64,000 bases of DNA. Origin: Squalus acanthias (taxonomy: Eukaryota). Of this stretch, positions 46,452 through 60,110 are shown piece by piece. The translations under genes and the position numbers were made by a program. The notes under the pieces are model-generated. The model was given only the letters and a program-made list of their open reading frames with translations, searched no databases and was not told the DNA's origin. The stretch is taken from the NCBI GenBank assembly GCA_030390025.1, contig CM059431.1, positions 141,796,001 to 141,860,000 on the forward strand. Reading direction: 5' to 3'. The first letter of the stretch is position 1, and each line of letters starts with the position of its first letter.

Positions 46452-47036
46452 CAGCCCTGAAGGTGCAGAAAGCCCCTCTCAAAGCTGTACATTCCGGCTG
46501 ATATCAGTTGATTTGTGAGAGATGATTAAAGGATCCTGCAGCGCTGCCTCGGTCAACAGCAGCAGTTCGAAGCCGCATTTCAAACCCGGGCACAAGCCCA
46601 TCAATGATTCGCTCTTCCCCAGCTCCAGAGTGAGTGAGGCCGGGTCAAGCAGCAAAATTCCGGCCCCGCACTCTCCAATCACCCGCTGCCTGTGGAAAGC
46701 AGCGAATGCAGCCTCAATCAGCCGGTTACTGCCCATCCCTGGAATGCAAGCTGCCACGGCCCGGGCCAAATCTCCCCGTAAACCCAGCAAAGTCTTGCGA
46801 AAAGGCGGGGTAATTATATCCGGGTCACTCAGACTTCTAGGAGCATTTACAGATACCGGAGTGAGGGAAACTTTCTTTGGGCCTCAATGGGGGAAACTCC
46901 GGGCGGAAACAATTTGTGGGAACTTGCTCCTCATGAACGTTTCTTCTCGTGTGAAAGGGGTTACAATCCTTTTAAATTTAACAACAGCTGCAGCAGATTT
47001 CTGGCGTCATAAGCACTGAACATTTCTAACCAAACC
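46452..47036 (-). pseudogene. Candidate orphan 585-nt phase 0-0 pseudo-exon, protein unidentified
   Basis: TTTTAAG| acceptor, CTG|GTGAGG donor, 195 codons in the frame of ORF 46479-46790 with three TGA stops. Confidence 0.45.
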
Positions 47037-47288
47037 CTTAAAATACAGTGCGCAAAACGAGAAAGGTAAATGTTCAGGACATGCGGAGCAGAAAAGCCAT
47101 TACATTTTGACTGTCACTCGGCAAAAAATATTAGCATTTCGTTCAGTTGCAACAGAAAGTTTATTGATGGAAATTAATGTAAGTATTCACTCTCTCACAG
47201 AGTCAGTAAGGATAATGCGGAACCCTTCAAGATAGACGCAGGCGACATTGTAATTGAAAATAATGAAATGGCAGACATGTTAAACAAT

Positions 47289-47538
47289 AATGAGAAGTCG
47301 CACAACACCAGGTTATAGTCCAACAGATTTTTTTAAATTACAAGCTTTCGGAGCTATCGCCGCTTCGTCAGGTAAAGTTACAATGAGTGAATCTACAAAA
47401 GTTCACAGAATATAAACACAAAAACTGCAGAGATAGCTCCGAAAGCTTGTAATTTTAAATACATCTTTTGGACTATAACCTGGTGTTGTGCGACTTCTCA
47501 TTTTTGTCTACCCCTGTCCAACGCCGGAATTTCCGCAT
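47289..47538 (+). mobile_element. Short palindromic Penelope-derived insertion in an old CR1 (~47200-48070)
   Basis: 13-bp TSD CATGTTAAACAAT (47276-47288, 47539-47551); inverted arms; hammerhead motif on - strand at 47338-47375. Confidence 0.88.
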
Positions 47539-48402
47539 CATGTTAAACAATCACATTGTATCGGTCTTCAAATTAGAGGGAGAGGAAAAACTACCAGACA
47601 CATGGGGAAAACGAAACCTCAATCATAGAGAGGGACTGACTGGATTTAAGATGATAACTTCCAGCAGACATTTGATAAGGTTCCTCACAAGAGACTGTAA
47701 GCAAAAATCAAAGCGCAAGGAATTTGAGGCAACGTCTTGACATGGGCACAGAGGTAGGGGACACAGAGTAGTGATAATTGGTATGTGCTCCAATTGGCAG
47801 GATGTGACTAGTGGTGTCCCCTGGGATCTGGACTGCGGCCTCAGCTTTTCACTATATTGATAAATGACTTGGATGAAGGAATAGTGAACCTGATATCCAA
47901 GTTTGCTGATGGCACTAAGTTGGGGCACATTATGCAGTGTAGATGGGAGCAGTGAATTGTAAAGGGACATTGCTGATTATGTGAGAGGGCAAAACTGTCA
48001 TTAATGGAGTTTCAACGTGGGGAAGTATCTGATTACCCACTTTGGACCTCAGAAAGACAGGTCAGTGTATTTTTGAAAACATTGTGTTAGAGAATGATTT
48101 TTTTTGTGAAATAGCCAATCCTGTTAAATTTAACAAATGTTGCACCAGATTCAGAAGTCATAAGCACAGAACATTGCAAACCAGGCTCCAAAATACAGTG
48201 TATAAAATGAGATAGCTATAAATGTTCATCAGATGCAAAGAGCAGACTAAATTATGGAAGCTTCGACTGTCCCTCAGTCCCTTCTTTCATTCTGCAATCG
48301 AAACTTACTTGTTAACTAATGACAATTACAACATTATTTTCACACTGGATGCATGTAGTGAATATGATACGGCTTTGAATTAACAACTGTTGTAAGAGTC
48401 AA

Positions 48403-48475
48403 TCCGCTCAACGGTAATTGAACACGAGCCGAAAGCGGCGAAAGGGCCGAATCTTGAACATTAGATCAACAGGGA
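48403..48475 (-). pseudogene. tRNA-Glu(TTC) pseudogene
   Basis: TCCCTGTTGATCTAATGTTCAAGATTCGGCCCTTTCGCCGCTTTCGGCTCGTGTTCAATTACCGTTGAGCGGA. Confidence 0.68.
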
Positions 48476-49102
48476 ACGTGGCAACGAATCGTTGGGATAA
48501 CTTTAAATATAATTGGGTAATCCGTTTCAGACGCAAATTGATTTTTGACTTGTTTCACAAGTAAATGCAATTCATGAATCTGCTGCTTGCAGATGTAGTT
48601 ACATGTATCTGCAATAATTATTCATTTATTGGGGGGCATCTGTCTTCATTCCAAACATATTTTGTAAGTTGTCGGGACCTGGAACGCTCGACATGAATAG
48701 ATGATGAAAGCTGATTTATCAATAATTTTAAAGGAGTTGCACAGGTACTTGAGGATGAGGAACTTACACGGTTAGGGACAAAAAAAGGGGGTGTGGGACT
48801 GAGCACGGCTGCTCTTTCTAAACCAGCACAGGCACGACGGGCCGAATGTCCGCCTGTGCTGTGAGTTTCTTTGATTCTATATACACACCCACAGTTTATA
48901 TTTTCACACGGCCTTGTTTACAGTTCTAACTATTGTCTACACACCGAAAGTTTAATTGATTTTCAAGAGCTGCTCGACCTGTTGTGTATTTTGAGCAGTT
49001 TCCTCGTTTATTTTCCTGTGATGTGTTGATTCTGCGGGAGAATGAAACGATGTTTGAGAAACATTGATATATAGAAACAGCTCCTACGTTTGTCCAAACG
49101 GA

Positions 49103-49177
49103 GACCTCTTGGCGGAACAGAAGAGCGTTTGATTTCTTAGATCAAGAAGGCTGCGTGTTCAAATCTCGTCAGGATCT
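49103..49177 (+). pseudogene. tRNA-Trp pseudogene (inverted paralog of 38230)
   Basis: GACCTCTTGGCGGAACAGAAGAGCGTTTGATTTCTTAGATCAAGAAGGCTGCGTGTTCAAATCTCGTCAGGATCT; flanks ~48795-49340 mirror ~38065-38515. Confidence 0.85.
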
Positions 49178-49804
49178 GAGCTACTTTTTAGCATTGATTG
49201 GAGTCTGGATAATTCCGGAAGAATAATTTCATTGCTTTTTCACAATAAACAGAACCTTGCTGTGAAGTCTGTCTCAACAGTTCCCCAGTGTCAGGGAGAG
49301 AAGCGCCAGATGTCCTAATTTATTTAATGTAACAAACTGACACAAACACGCGTGTTCAGTAAAGTGTTCCACACAACTTGATAAACCCCGGACCCCTCCG
49401 CACTTCTAGGCGATCTCCAAATGCGCTTCATAGGGGTGTGATCAAAAATATGGAAGCCCAATCCAAAGAAGGAGCTATTAAAACGTTTGTCCAAAAGTTT
49501 CCTTAAAGCTTACGGTTTTAAGGAGCGTCTTAAAGGAGGAGACGGAAAGTTTTAGGAAGGAAATTCCAAGCAGTGAGGACAGGTTAAGGCAGACTATTTG
49601 TCGTGAGAAGAGACCGGAGTCATAGAATCATTGAATCTTAGAATCATAGAATATTACAGCACAGAATGAGACCATACGGCCCGTCCTGCCTCTGCTGGCT
49701 CTTTGAAAGAACTGTCCAATTTAGTCCCAAACCCCAAATTTTCCCCATAACCCTGCTAATTAGTTCCCTTCAAATACATGTCCAATTGCCTTTAGAAAAT
49801 TTCT

Positions 49805-50270
49805 AGAAACATAGAACATAGAAACAGAAAAATAGGAGCAAGAGTAGGCCATTCGGCCCTTCGAGTCTGCTCTGCCATTCAATATGATCATGGCTGATGC
49901 TCTATCTCAATACCATAGTCCCGCTCCCTCCCCATACCCCTTGATGCCTTTTGTGTCGAGAGATCTATCTATCTCCTTCTTAAATATATTGAGTGATTTG
50001 GTCTCCGGAGCCGTCTGTGGTAGCGAATTCCAGAGCTTCACCACCCTCTGATTGAAGAAATTTCTCCTCATCTCAGTCCTAAATGTCCTACCCGGTATCC
50101 TGAGACTGTGACCCCTCGTTCTAGAGCCCCCCAGCCAGGGGAAACATCCTCCCTGCATTCAATCTGTCTAACTCTGTCAGAATTTTATACGTTTCAATGA
50201 GATCCCCTCTCATTCTTCTAAAGTCTCTTGAATACAGACCTAGTCGACCCAAACTCTTCTCATATGACAG
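49805..50270 (-). mobile_element. CR1 3' fragment
   Basis: TRGHSLRI...MRRNFFNQRVVKLWNSLP plus TTCTATG tail. Confidence 0.88.
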
Positions 50271-51400
50271 TGCTGAAGAATTGTGATCCAGAACATGCTG
50301 CGCCTATATGCAAGCTGTTCCATTACAGCTAAAACACTGGCATCTACCCGAGAAAATGGAAAATTGCCCGGGTATATCCTGTCCACAAAGAAACAGAAAA
50401 AATCCAATCTGGCCAATTGCCGCCCCTTGAGTGTAATCTCAGTTATCAGCAACGTGATTGAATGTGTAATCGACAGTGCGATCAAGTAGCACTTACTCAC
50501 CAATAACCTGCTCACCGATGCTCAGTTTGGATTCCGCCAAGACCACGCGGTTACAGCCTTGGTCCAAACATGGAAAACAATAACTGAATTCCAGAGGGGA
50601 GGTGAGAGTGACTGCCCTTGACATCAAGGCAGCATTTAACCGGGTGTGGCATCAAGGAGCCCTAGTAAAACTGAAGTCAACAGGAATCAAGAGAAATCAT
50701 ACCGAGCACAACGTTGGCTGATCGTGGTTATTGGAGGCCCAGCATCTCAGTCTCAGGACATCGCTGCAGGAGTTCCTCAGGGCAGTGTCCTCAGCCCAAC
50801 CATCCTCAGCTGCTTCATCAATGACCTTCATCTCCATAATAAGGTCTGAAGCCATGATGTTCACTGATGATTGCATAGTGTTTAGTGCCATTCGCAACTC
50901 CTCAGATGATGACGGAGTCTGTGCCCGAATGCAACAAGACCAGGAAGACATTAAGCCTTAGTCTGACAAGTGGCAAGTAAAATTCGCGCCATACATGTAA
51001 CAGGCAACGAATATCTCCCACAACAGAGAGTATAACCAACGCCCCATTGCATTTAATGTTAGTACCATAGCCGAATCCCAAACCATTAATATCCATTCAC
51101 CAGAAACTTAACTGGATCTGCCATATAAATACTGCAGCTGCAAGAGCAGGTCAGAGGCTGGGCATTCTGCGGCAAATGACTTACATTCTGACTCCCCAAA
51201 GTCTTTCCACCATCGAATGGCACAAGTCAGGATTATGATAGAATACTCATCACATCCCTAAATGAGTGCAGCTTCAACAACATTCAAGAAGCTCGACACC
51301 ATCCAGACAATGCAGGCCGCTTGATTGGCACCTCAATCAGCACCTTTAACATTCAGTTCCTCCACGATCAACGCACCCTGGTTGCAGTGTGTATCATCTA
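50270..51400 (+). mobile_element. Second-family LINE RT fragment (another piece on - strand at ~51530-52320)
   Basis: [27 protein letters not shown]; homologous to 26855-27840. Confidence 0.85.
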
Positions 51401-52635
51401 CCGGAAACAGAGTTAACGTTTCAGGTCGATCATTTTGCATCATAGAGATGTAACAGGTTTTAAGCAAATACAGAGGCAGGGAGAGTTGCGGGGGAACTAA
51501 AAGGAAGCTCTGTAATTGGGTGAAAGGCAGGAGTGACCTGAATCTGTCAGATTTCGCACGGTTGTTGTGCCACACAACATGGTGGAGTGTGTTCTCAGTG
51601 TGAAGACGGGATTTCGTCTCCACAAATATTGTGCGGTGGTCACTCCTGCCAATTCTGTCATGGAGAGTTGCTACTGGGACTTTTTTAGGACGATTTCAAG
51701 TAGGTTTTTCCCTCGTGTTGGTTCTCTCACCACCTGCTGCAAGCTCAGTCTGGCAGCTATATCCTTAAGGATTCGGCCAGCTCGCTCAGTAGTGGTGCTA
51801 AAGAGCCACTTTAAGTGATGGGCATTGAACTCCCCCACACAAAGTATATTCTGAGCCCTGTGTTATTCAACAGGGAGGAGTAATAATTCATCAGCTGAGG
51901 TAGGTGATAATCTGACGGAGGTTTCCTTGGTGATGGAGGAGTCTGGGACATTGGCTGAAAGGTAAGATTCTGTGAGTATGACTATGTCAGGCTGTTGCTT
52001 GCCGAGTCTGTGGGACAGCTCTCCCAATTTTGGCACATGTCCCCAGCTGTTAGTGAGGAGGATCTTCCATGGTTGACTGGGCTGGGCGTGCCCTTGTCGT
52101 GTCCTAATCTAATGCCTAGTTGTCTGTCCGATATTATTCTATTTTTGCAGCGGTTTGATACAACTGATTGGATTGCTTGGCCATTTCTAAGGGCAACATA
52201 TTTCTGCGGGTCTGGAGTCACATACAGGACCGAGCTGGTAAGTATGGCATGTTTCCTTCCAGAAGGGGCATTCGTGAACCGGTTTTGTTTAGGACAATCT
52301 GATAGATACATGGCCACCAATACCAATATTAACTTTATATTGCAGATTTATTGAATTAATTGAATTTAAATCCACAAACTTCCATGGTGGGATTGTGGCC
52401 TCATATCTCCGGATAATTAGCCCAGGCCTCTGGATTTCTATGCAAGAAACTTCACCACTATGCTAACGTAATCTGCTGCTGTTTCTGAAAAAGTTGATGT
52501 TTACAATCATCGACAGTGCTCATCCATTTATATATCGTAGTCTATTGACTATCCCGATCCATTGACAGATGCCAGTCTATTGACTTTCCCCATCCATTGA
52601 TATGACCCACTCCATTGATTCTCCCGCTCAACTCA

Positions 52636-53520
52636 ATTTGCAAAAGGCGTTTGATAAGGTACCACATCGTAGACTCGAGACTAAGATTCGAGCATGTGGA
52701 GTCAGGGGACAACTAGCAGAATTGAAAACAAACTGGCTACAAAAGAAACAGAGAGTGGGGGTTACTCTGACTGGCGGCATGCCGGAAGTGACGTTCAACA
52801 ATGATCGGTGCTCGGACCACTGTGTTCACCATTTGCACAATTTTTTTGGTCTCAATAATCTGAAGTGCACTGTCAAATTTGCGGTTGGCACCAAATTGGC
52901 AGCTTCAGTTAATGCTGAACAATACTGTGAACACAGATGTTAACAAACTTGCAGGATGGGAGTGTAAATGGCAATTTAATTTCAATATAAAAATGCGTGT
53001 GGTGTTTTATTTTGGGGGGAGGAATACGATGGCCACATACTCCAACAGTAAAGTTGTATTACACTTTTATTGAATCTTGGTTAGATCATACTTGATGTAC
53101 TGTGCTCAGTTTGGACTCAATATTACAAAAAAGGATATAGAGGCACTGGAGAAGGTGCAAACAAGACTGGACTTGCGGCAGGTGGTGAGAAAAACAAACG
53201 AGGGCAAAATCTACTTCACTGAGAGGTTTTAATTATCAAGAACGACTGAACAGGCAGGGGACCTTTTCTCTAGAAAAGAGAAGGCTGAGGGGACGACCTA
53301 ATGGAGGATCCAGAATTATCAGGGGGTAGAGGTAGATAAAATATTTATGATTGTGGGGTATCCGAAATAGTGCTGATACATATAAGATAATCACTAATAA
53401 ATCCAGCAGGAATTCAGGATTAACTCATTTCCCAAAAAGTGTTTAGAATGTGGAACTCGCTACCACATGAAGTATGTTGAGGCGAATATCATTAATGCAT
53501 TTTAAGGGAAGCTAGAGAAG
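52636..53520 (+). mobile_element. Highly decayed CR1 RT fragment
   Basis: [13 protein letters not shown] and later VFRMWNSLP-like segments. Confidence 0.75.
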
Positions 53521-53693
53521 TAACGAATACCAATCAGAACCCCAGCTCCTGTGGCGATAGATCAATTCAGAAACTAACATTGCAAATGTTTGGAATCAGG
53601 GGTATGGCATCTGGAGTGTGGCACCTAGTGGGAGACATCTGGAGTATGACACCCGGAGTGGTATGTCCCGAGTCACTGATGATGCGTGGAGGT

Positions 53694-53765
53694 GTTGCTG
53701 TGATCCAGCGTCAATCACTCGGTCTTATAAACCGCAGAGCGTGTTTTCATCCCCCGTCCGTGCCT
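53694..53765 (+). pseudogene. tRNA-Thr-derived remnant (mirror of 12134-12205)
   Basis: ...CGGTCTTATAAACCGCAGAGCGTGTTTTCATCCCCCGTCCGTGCCT. Confidence 0.6.
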
Positions 53766-54477
53766 CTGTTACTTTTCAATATTTAAGGCGATGTTTAAGC
53801 TGCACCTCCTCAAAGACAATACATCCTTCATGAGGTGCAGTGCCACAAACCGAATGAAGCACTCCAGATAGGGTCTCACCAAGCCTCGTTACAACTGAAA
53901 CATAACTTTCTCCTCTTAGTCTTCCAGCCCGCTTGAGATAAAGGCCAACAATCCTTCAGCGTTTTTGAATGGACCTCCAGCACCGTACTCATCAAACAGT
54001 AAATCGAATGGGATTTTGCGGGTCACTCACATCGTTTATTTTAGCGAGTTTATAGTGAAGTAGAATATGTTAGTATGTGAGATTTCCAGAGTGAAATTTT
54101 AGTAACAGGGCAAGTCTGCTTTGTATTATATACAGGCCTGAGATATAGGCTGTTCGATCGAGAATTAAAATATGCAAACCACTGAAACTGTTGACGTCAG
54201 CACCAGACGTTGAATTACTCTTTTCATGTTAAGAAATCCTATGACAAACACACAAAGGTCCCAGGAATATCCGGGACCTGAATGTGTGCGAGACACTGCT
54301 CTTAATTCACTCGATAAGGTGGACCATGACGAGCTGTTTAACCTTGTTCAGAACAGTACAACCAGAGGACACGACCTGAGATTGAAGAGGTAAATTCAAA
54401 CTAATCTCTGGAAACATTATTTCAGTAGCGACTGTCTATCTACGGAACAGGCTTCCTTCCTAATCGTCATAATTAAA

Positions 54478-54925
54478 ACTAGAGGACAGGGGAGTTTAGG
54501 GGAACACGGGAAGCAGAATTAGAAATAGAATAAAGGAGTATTCAGTGGAACACTGGAAATTTTTAATTAGAAATAGAGGTCAGTGGAATATAGTAACTGA
54601 TGTTAGAAATAGGGACCAGCGGAACACAATAAACCTTCATTTACAAGTAGGGGACTGGGGAGACAGCAACTGTTCAATTAGAAATAGAGGACAAGGCAAT
54701 TCAGTGTAATGATCTAACTGTCTAATTAGAAATAGAATAAAAGGAGACATGGGGTAATGCAGTAAATAACTTTTTTTAGAACTAGGGGACTGGGGAGACA
54801 ATAACTGTTTATTTAGAAATAGAGGAGACGGGAATGTCAGGGAAACACAGTAACTGTTTAATTAGAAATAGAGAAACACAAGGGAATACAACAACTGGTT
54901 AATTAGAAACGGGGGACGGGGAATC
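54478..54925 (-). repeat. Minisatellite, mirror of 10845-11395
   Basis: Recurring GTAACTGTTTAATTAGAAATAGAG. Confidence 0.85.
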
Positions 54926-57586
54926 ACAACCACATCAGATTGAATATGACACGGTGATGTAATGGTTAATTATTCATGCCTTTGCTTTTTATTTTACATG
55001 TTATTTTTGGATGAGGTGGTTGATTACACATCCCCTTCTCACGATTCTATCAGGGTGCAGAACATCGCTGACTGATGGAATTAAAACCTCTGCCTGCTGC
55101 CTGACTCCTGCCTTAAATATGGTTGGCCGCCTGAATCAGTTAAATGAGAATGTGTCTCTTACACAGAACTGCCCGCAGCTAGTGACCAATTTCCCAGAGG
55201 CTGGTTGCCAGCCGGACTGGCAGAGCCCGGGTTCCACGGGGCCCTGCAACCAAGCGGATTTGGGTTTTGGAGAACGGCTGGGTCAAGTGGAACGTTAAAG
55301 AGTGACGGGTAAAGCTGAGTTTAAGTCACAGTTAATAAATAAAGCCCATTCACAATTAAAGTACAAGGCTATTGTTCGCATAAGCTTTTCAATAAGGTTC
55401 TTGAACATTGGAGAGAGTTGTCATAGGTTTATTAAGCACATAATACATGCAATAGTCCTTTACACAAACACTTAAAAGGTATAAATTAGAATCACACCTG
55501 ATGATGTTTGGTGTGGAGACCCAAACATGTCACAGTCCTGAGCTCAGAATCTTAGGCCTTTACAAAACCGAATAATCTTTCAAAACTGTAAGTTTTTAGT
55601 CATTTTTCTGACTCCCGGTACTTGAAAAGGCTCACAATTCTGCATTACACAATTATATCAAAGTTAAAATAAAGCTCAGCGTAAAGATAAGTTAATTGAT
55701 TTATCTGAAAGATAATTTCACGCATATAATCCAATGGTACCAAGTGAAAACTTTAAAAGTGAGACTTTCTGTCTCTGTATCTAAAGTACTAAGTGAAAAT
55801 GGTGATGGATGTCCAGATGTTTTCCTTTGCAAAACTAACTCTCTTCCCAAACTGTTACCAAAGAAAGAACGTTCCCTGAAATTGATGAATCTGTTTGCAA
55901 TGATATGTGTTTAATTAAATCGCGTATTACTTCATCCTGAAACTTACCATTGTTGCAGGGTCAGCTCTGGCCCATTAGCCAAGTGGTACTTTAAATAGAC
56001 TTGTACTTCCTGCTTAACAGGAAAATACAAAAGATTAACATTACTACCACAGGATTAAAAAAAGAGAAACCAACACAGTATAATATAAGCATACGTTAGG
56101 CTAGTCTGATTAACCCTTTCCTTACAGCGCCCCCTTTGTTGACGTTAGATTCTTTCAGGTCAACACTAAACAATATCTTCTCAGCAACATAGATCTATCT
56201 CGGCCTATTCTATTGCTGAGATCTCCATCCATTGGTTTGACACATGTTCTCACTCTCCATGGCGACAATAACCATTTCATGGAGTGGTGTTGCCTGCGTT
56301 ACTGACCATGTTTTTGATCCGTTCCTCAGAGTAACTTCATCACGCATAGAGCATGCTGGTTGCTTCATGTACCACGCGTCACTTCTGCAAACAGAGCGAT
56401 ATCCCAGGATCTTACAGTGCCATGACATCCGATAAAAGCCATTCCTGTCCCTTCTGCCTATCAATCAATGGATCGGGGTTCGGTGGGTGTTTGATTAGGA
56501 CCGCCCTTGCATGGTCCCGATGTTTCGCGTATTTGTCAGGCTATCAAGTATATTATTTTCTTTCTTTATCTATAGCAAGGACACAACCATCTCCAAGTGA
56601 AAGCTAGCAATTAACCAGCTTCACTACAGTGACCTGATTTTCACCAGACTGTGCATTGATACCAGACTCATATCTTTTGGTGAGTCGTACCCAGGTGGTT
56701 TACATTAAGAAGGGATGGGACAGGATAGATGGAAGCGAAACCTTCCGTTAGTTGAAGGGTCAAGAACTAACGGCCAGAGATAAAATGATAAATGTACAAG
56801 ATTTAAAACTAAGGGTAGGAGAAGCCTCTTTACATGGAGAGTTGTGAGACTGTGGATATACCGGTGGCAGAAGTTATATCAATATTGAAGATTAATTTGC
56901 AAATGTGGCTGAATATAAATAGGTTGAAGGGTGGTTGAGACCGTGTGGGTGTAGTCTTTGGAACTATTTGCTCGGGTGGAGGGTAAAAGTCGACAAGAAC
57001 TGGTTGGGTCGAATGGACTGTTATAACATTCCAACATTGTGATGACCAGCTGAGATTTTCAGTAAATATCTGTGAACAAAGATGTCTAATGTCACATTGA
57101 CGAGTCAAGTTCCTACTGTCTCCATCATTAGACACTGATCAGGAGACAGGCCCCGGTCTATTGGTCCAGGAGATAATGGGGGGCGGAGTCTGATGGGGTG
57201 ACCAGCGCCTGCAACATTCACACCAAGATTACAGAATTATAGATAACCACCATTGTAACACATTGTTTCTACACTAAAGATAACTTTATCTGTTAATTAA
57301 ATTGGGGCGACTCTTTTATTTGCCTGCGGTGTGAGGCAGTTAACGCTGACGCCCATATGTTCTACTCCACTGCGGAAGATCAATCATGATTGTTCGCATT
57401 GAAACTTGAGCGGGAAATGTGTTGTTTTAGCAGGAAACGATTACGTTCACCCGGGGAAAGCAGCAGACATCAAACACATGGCACAAAGTGGAGGAAATGT
57501 TTTCTGATACCTGTTCAATTTCACAACAATTTCGTCCTAACAGAAAGACAGACATTATAAAATAGAACACGGGCTATAATTTAACT

Positions 57587-58518
57587 CTAGTTAGGACAGG
57601 AAGCTTTGTATTGACATTTAATTTTTTTAACCAATATCAGAATAAGTGCCAAAGGAGATTTCACAAGCTTTTTCAGCTCTTCCCTGAATTTAGTTTGTGT
57701 AGCTGCATAAATACAAGTGTTTGTACAGGAGCTCAAATACATCAGCAGATATCCGGTTTCAGTGGCGATGAATGCAGGAGATGTATAATCGGGTCGGTGA
57801 TGCACGGCCAGGTTGGTAAATACAAAATTCACGGAAGATGTCAACCACAACAATACAAAACTGCCCGATACAGTGAACAGTAAAATAATAGATTTCCTTC
57901 GGCTCTCCATCTCTGGATCGCTCTGATTCTCACTGCTGTGACCCCGGAGTCCCCTGCGGGCTCTGCTGGCCACTAAAATACGCCTGACTGTCAAACAATT
58001 AAACAGTATTATCAAAACAAATGGAATATATGGGTTTAAAATATTTTGTAAGCGGAAGTAGGCTACACCTGCAGGCGATGAAAAAAAGACCTCACTGGGG
58101 CGGGAACCCCAGGAACCATTGTTGATTATTTGTTTGTGTTCAAAGGCAAACCAAAAGGGGATGTTCTCTAAACAGATCAGGACAGAGACGGTCGTTATAA
58201 CCGAAGCCGCAGTTCTCACTGTGCAATACTTTGTTTTAAACTTCTGACAACATATAGCTACAAATCGGTAAAATGTGAAGGAGACTGTAAACCACACCGA
58301 CATATCCAGGTTGGTACAAGACATGTACATCATGAACTTAAAAACGGCAGTGTAGGACAGGAATGAATATGGAAAGTGTTTACTCAAAATGTGAAATACG
58401 ATTACATTGAAGATCATGACCAGTAGATCTGCTGTTGCCATGGACATCATGTAGACCGAGATACATTTGGAAAGGCCGCATTTTCCTCTGGAGAGAATCA
58501 CCATTGTCAATATGTTCG
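57587..58518 (-). CDS. GPR139/GPR142-like GPCR paralog, exon 2 (spliced product ~333 aa; variant motifs)
   Basis: CTCTATCTTACAG| acceptor; open 7TM frame paralogous to 5284-6188; YRF replaces DRF. Confidence 0.88.
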
Positions 58519-59963
58519 CTGTAAGATAGAGGGACAAGAGTAAGTAATGGGGACACTCTGATAAATTTTACAGCGTATAGTGGGGAGATGAACCGATGTG
58601 TTCCTATTGAGGATTATGCACACGGTTTCCCTTTATAATATAGGCGAGCGTTGCCAATATATTTTTCAAACGAAAGTAATTATTAAACACCCAATATCGA
58701 GGTACTGAGAATGCGCCGTCATTCCAGCACACTTCAGTCAGACTGTGTCAAGCCGGTGGGTGGAGATTGGTGTTGGGAGGGTCGCACGTATTTAGTATCG
58801 GCAATGGTAACGGATAGCGAGCCCAACACCACCGACAGAGAGACACTGATGGCTCAACGGAGGGGAATTTTGACTTTGGGCTATAGTGTGAAACGGGCGA
58901 CATCGGATCAGCCGACCATGATCCATCTCTTCCGACTGAATCTCCACCGCTATCGCCACTGACACTATATTCATGCATAAAAACAGAACATGCTGGAAAT
59001 GCTCAGCAGGACCAGGATCAGCGGCATTATCTGTGGAGAGGGAAACACATTTAAAGTTTCATGTCGATGTCTTTCGCTAGAAATCCATTGAGGCTCCATT
59101 CACACTTTAATGCTGCGGTCCAGGTCAAGCCGCAGTACCTCGCAGGGACGGTACAGATACAGATTAAAGTCCCTTAAAGGGCAACCTAGGAAATCTCTAT
59201 AACTTGTTCATTTTCACAGTCAATAAAGTACCGGATTGCCTTACATACATTCAACCACATATTTAATTGCAGTGTGGAGCGCTTAAACCATCCCGCCATG
59301 AGGCTGGGACCATGTGATGCACCGAGCCAATTTGATGAGTTACTACAGCGGCCCCAGGAAGCAATCGATGGCATTTTACATTTAATCTCATGCCTTTAAT
59401 TGACGGAGGGGATCTCGGGAGCGGCAACCGATGTCAGCTGCATTCATTATAATTTAGAAACAGTTACTGGAAAGATATGAATTCAAATAATACATTCAGC
59501 TGAGACACACGCATTCGAAGTAGATCGAAACTCTGCTCTTTTTCTATATATAATGGCCCAAAGGGAGCTGCTCGGTAACAGAGCGGGAGCTGGTGGAGCC
59601 GCGAAGGTTCTTTGTAGCCGAGCGGAGGGGAGCAGCCCCCAGGGTGGCAATTATTGTTCCAAATATATTTCACCGTCCTCTGATGGGTGGAGGTGGCTGC
59701 AGTACAAGGAAATATAAACATTTAGTAGACAGTAAACAACGGTACAAATGAAATGATTACGATGGGCACTAAGCAACACATTCTTTGGTGATCTATGTAC
59801 TGTTGGAAGGGCCGGGGAATCAGCCGGACTGATCAGATTCCTGGTGATATTCACCGACTGATCCCGGTGGGTCAATGACTCAGCAATGAGTACATTCTCG
59901 GAATCTGTTACATTAACACTGAGATAGTGAACAACTATTAGACAACAGTATACATTTACTTAC

Positions 59964-60033
59964 CAGGAGCCCCAAAGGTTGCGAGAATAGGATAGTAAAT
60001 GTTCCTTATCTGTAGAATTGTTCGCAGTTCCAT
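59964..60033 (-). CDS. GPCR paralog exon 1 (MELRTILQIRNIYYPILATFGAP)
   Basis: ATG at 60033, 70 nt, G|GTAAGT donor, phase 1; not in the ORF track. Confidence 0.88.
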
Positions 60034-60110
60034 TTAAAAATAACTGTGCAAAATCTGTCCAGCTTTATGGTTCGGACTGGAGTGTATCGGAGATCGGTAA
60101 ATCCTCCCCC

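Noticed and set aside
46452..47036. Selenoprotein reading of the three TGA codons
   Set aside because: No SECIS or redox motif context seen; CpG decay is the simpler explanation.
12134..53765. tRNA-like sequences as SINE heads
   Set aside because: Six different isotypes, no shared SINE body or tail, and paralogy extends into both flanks.
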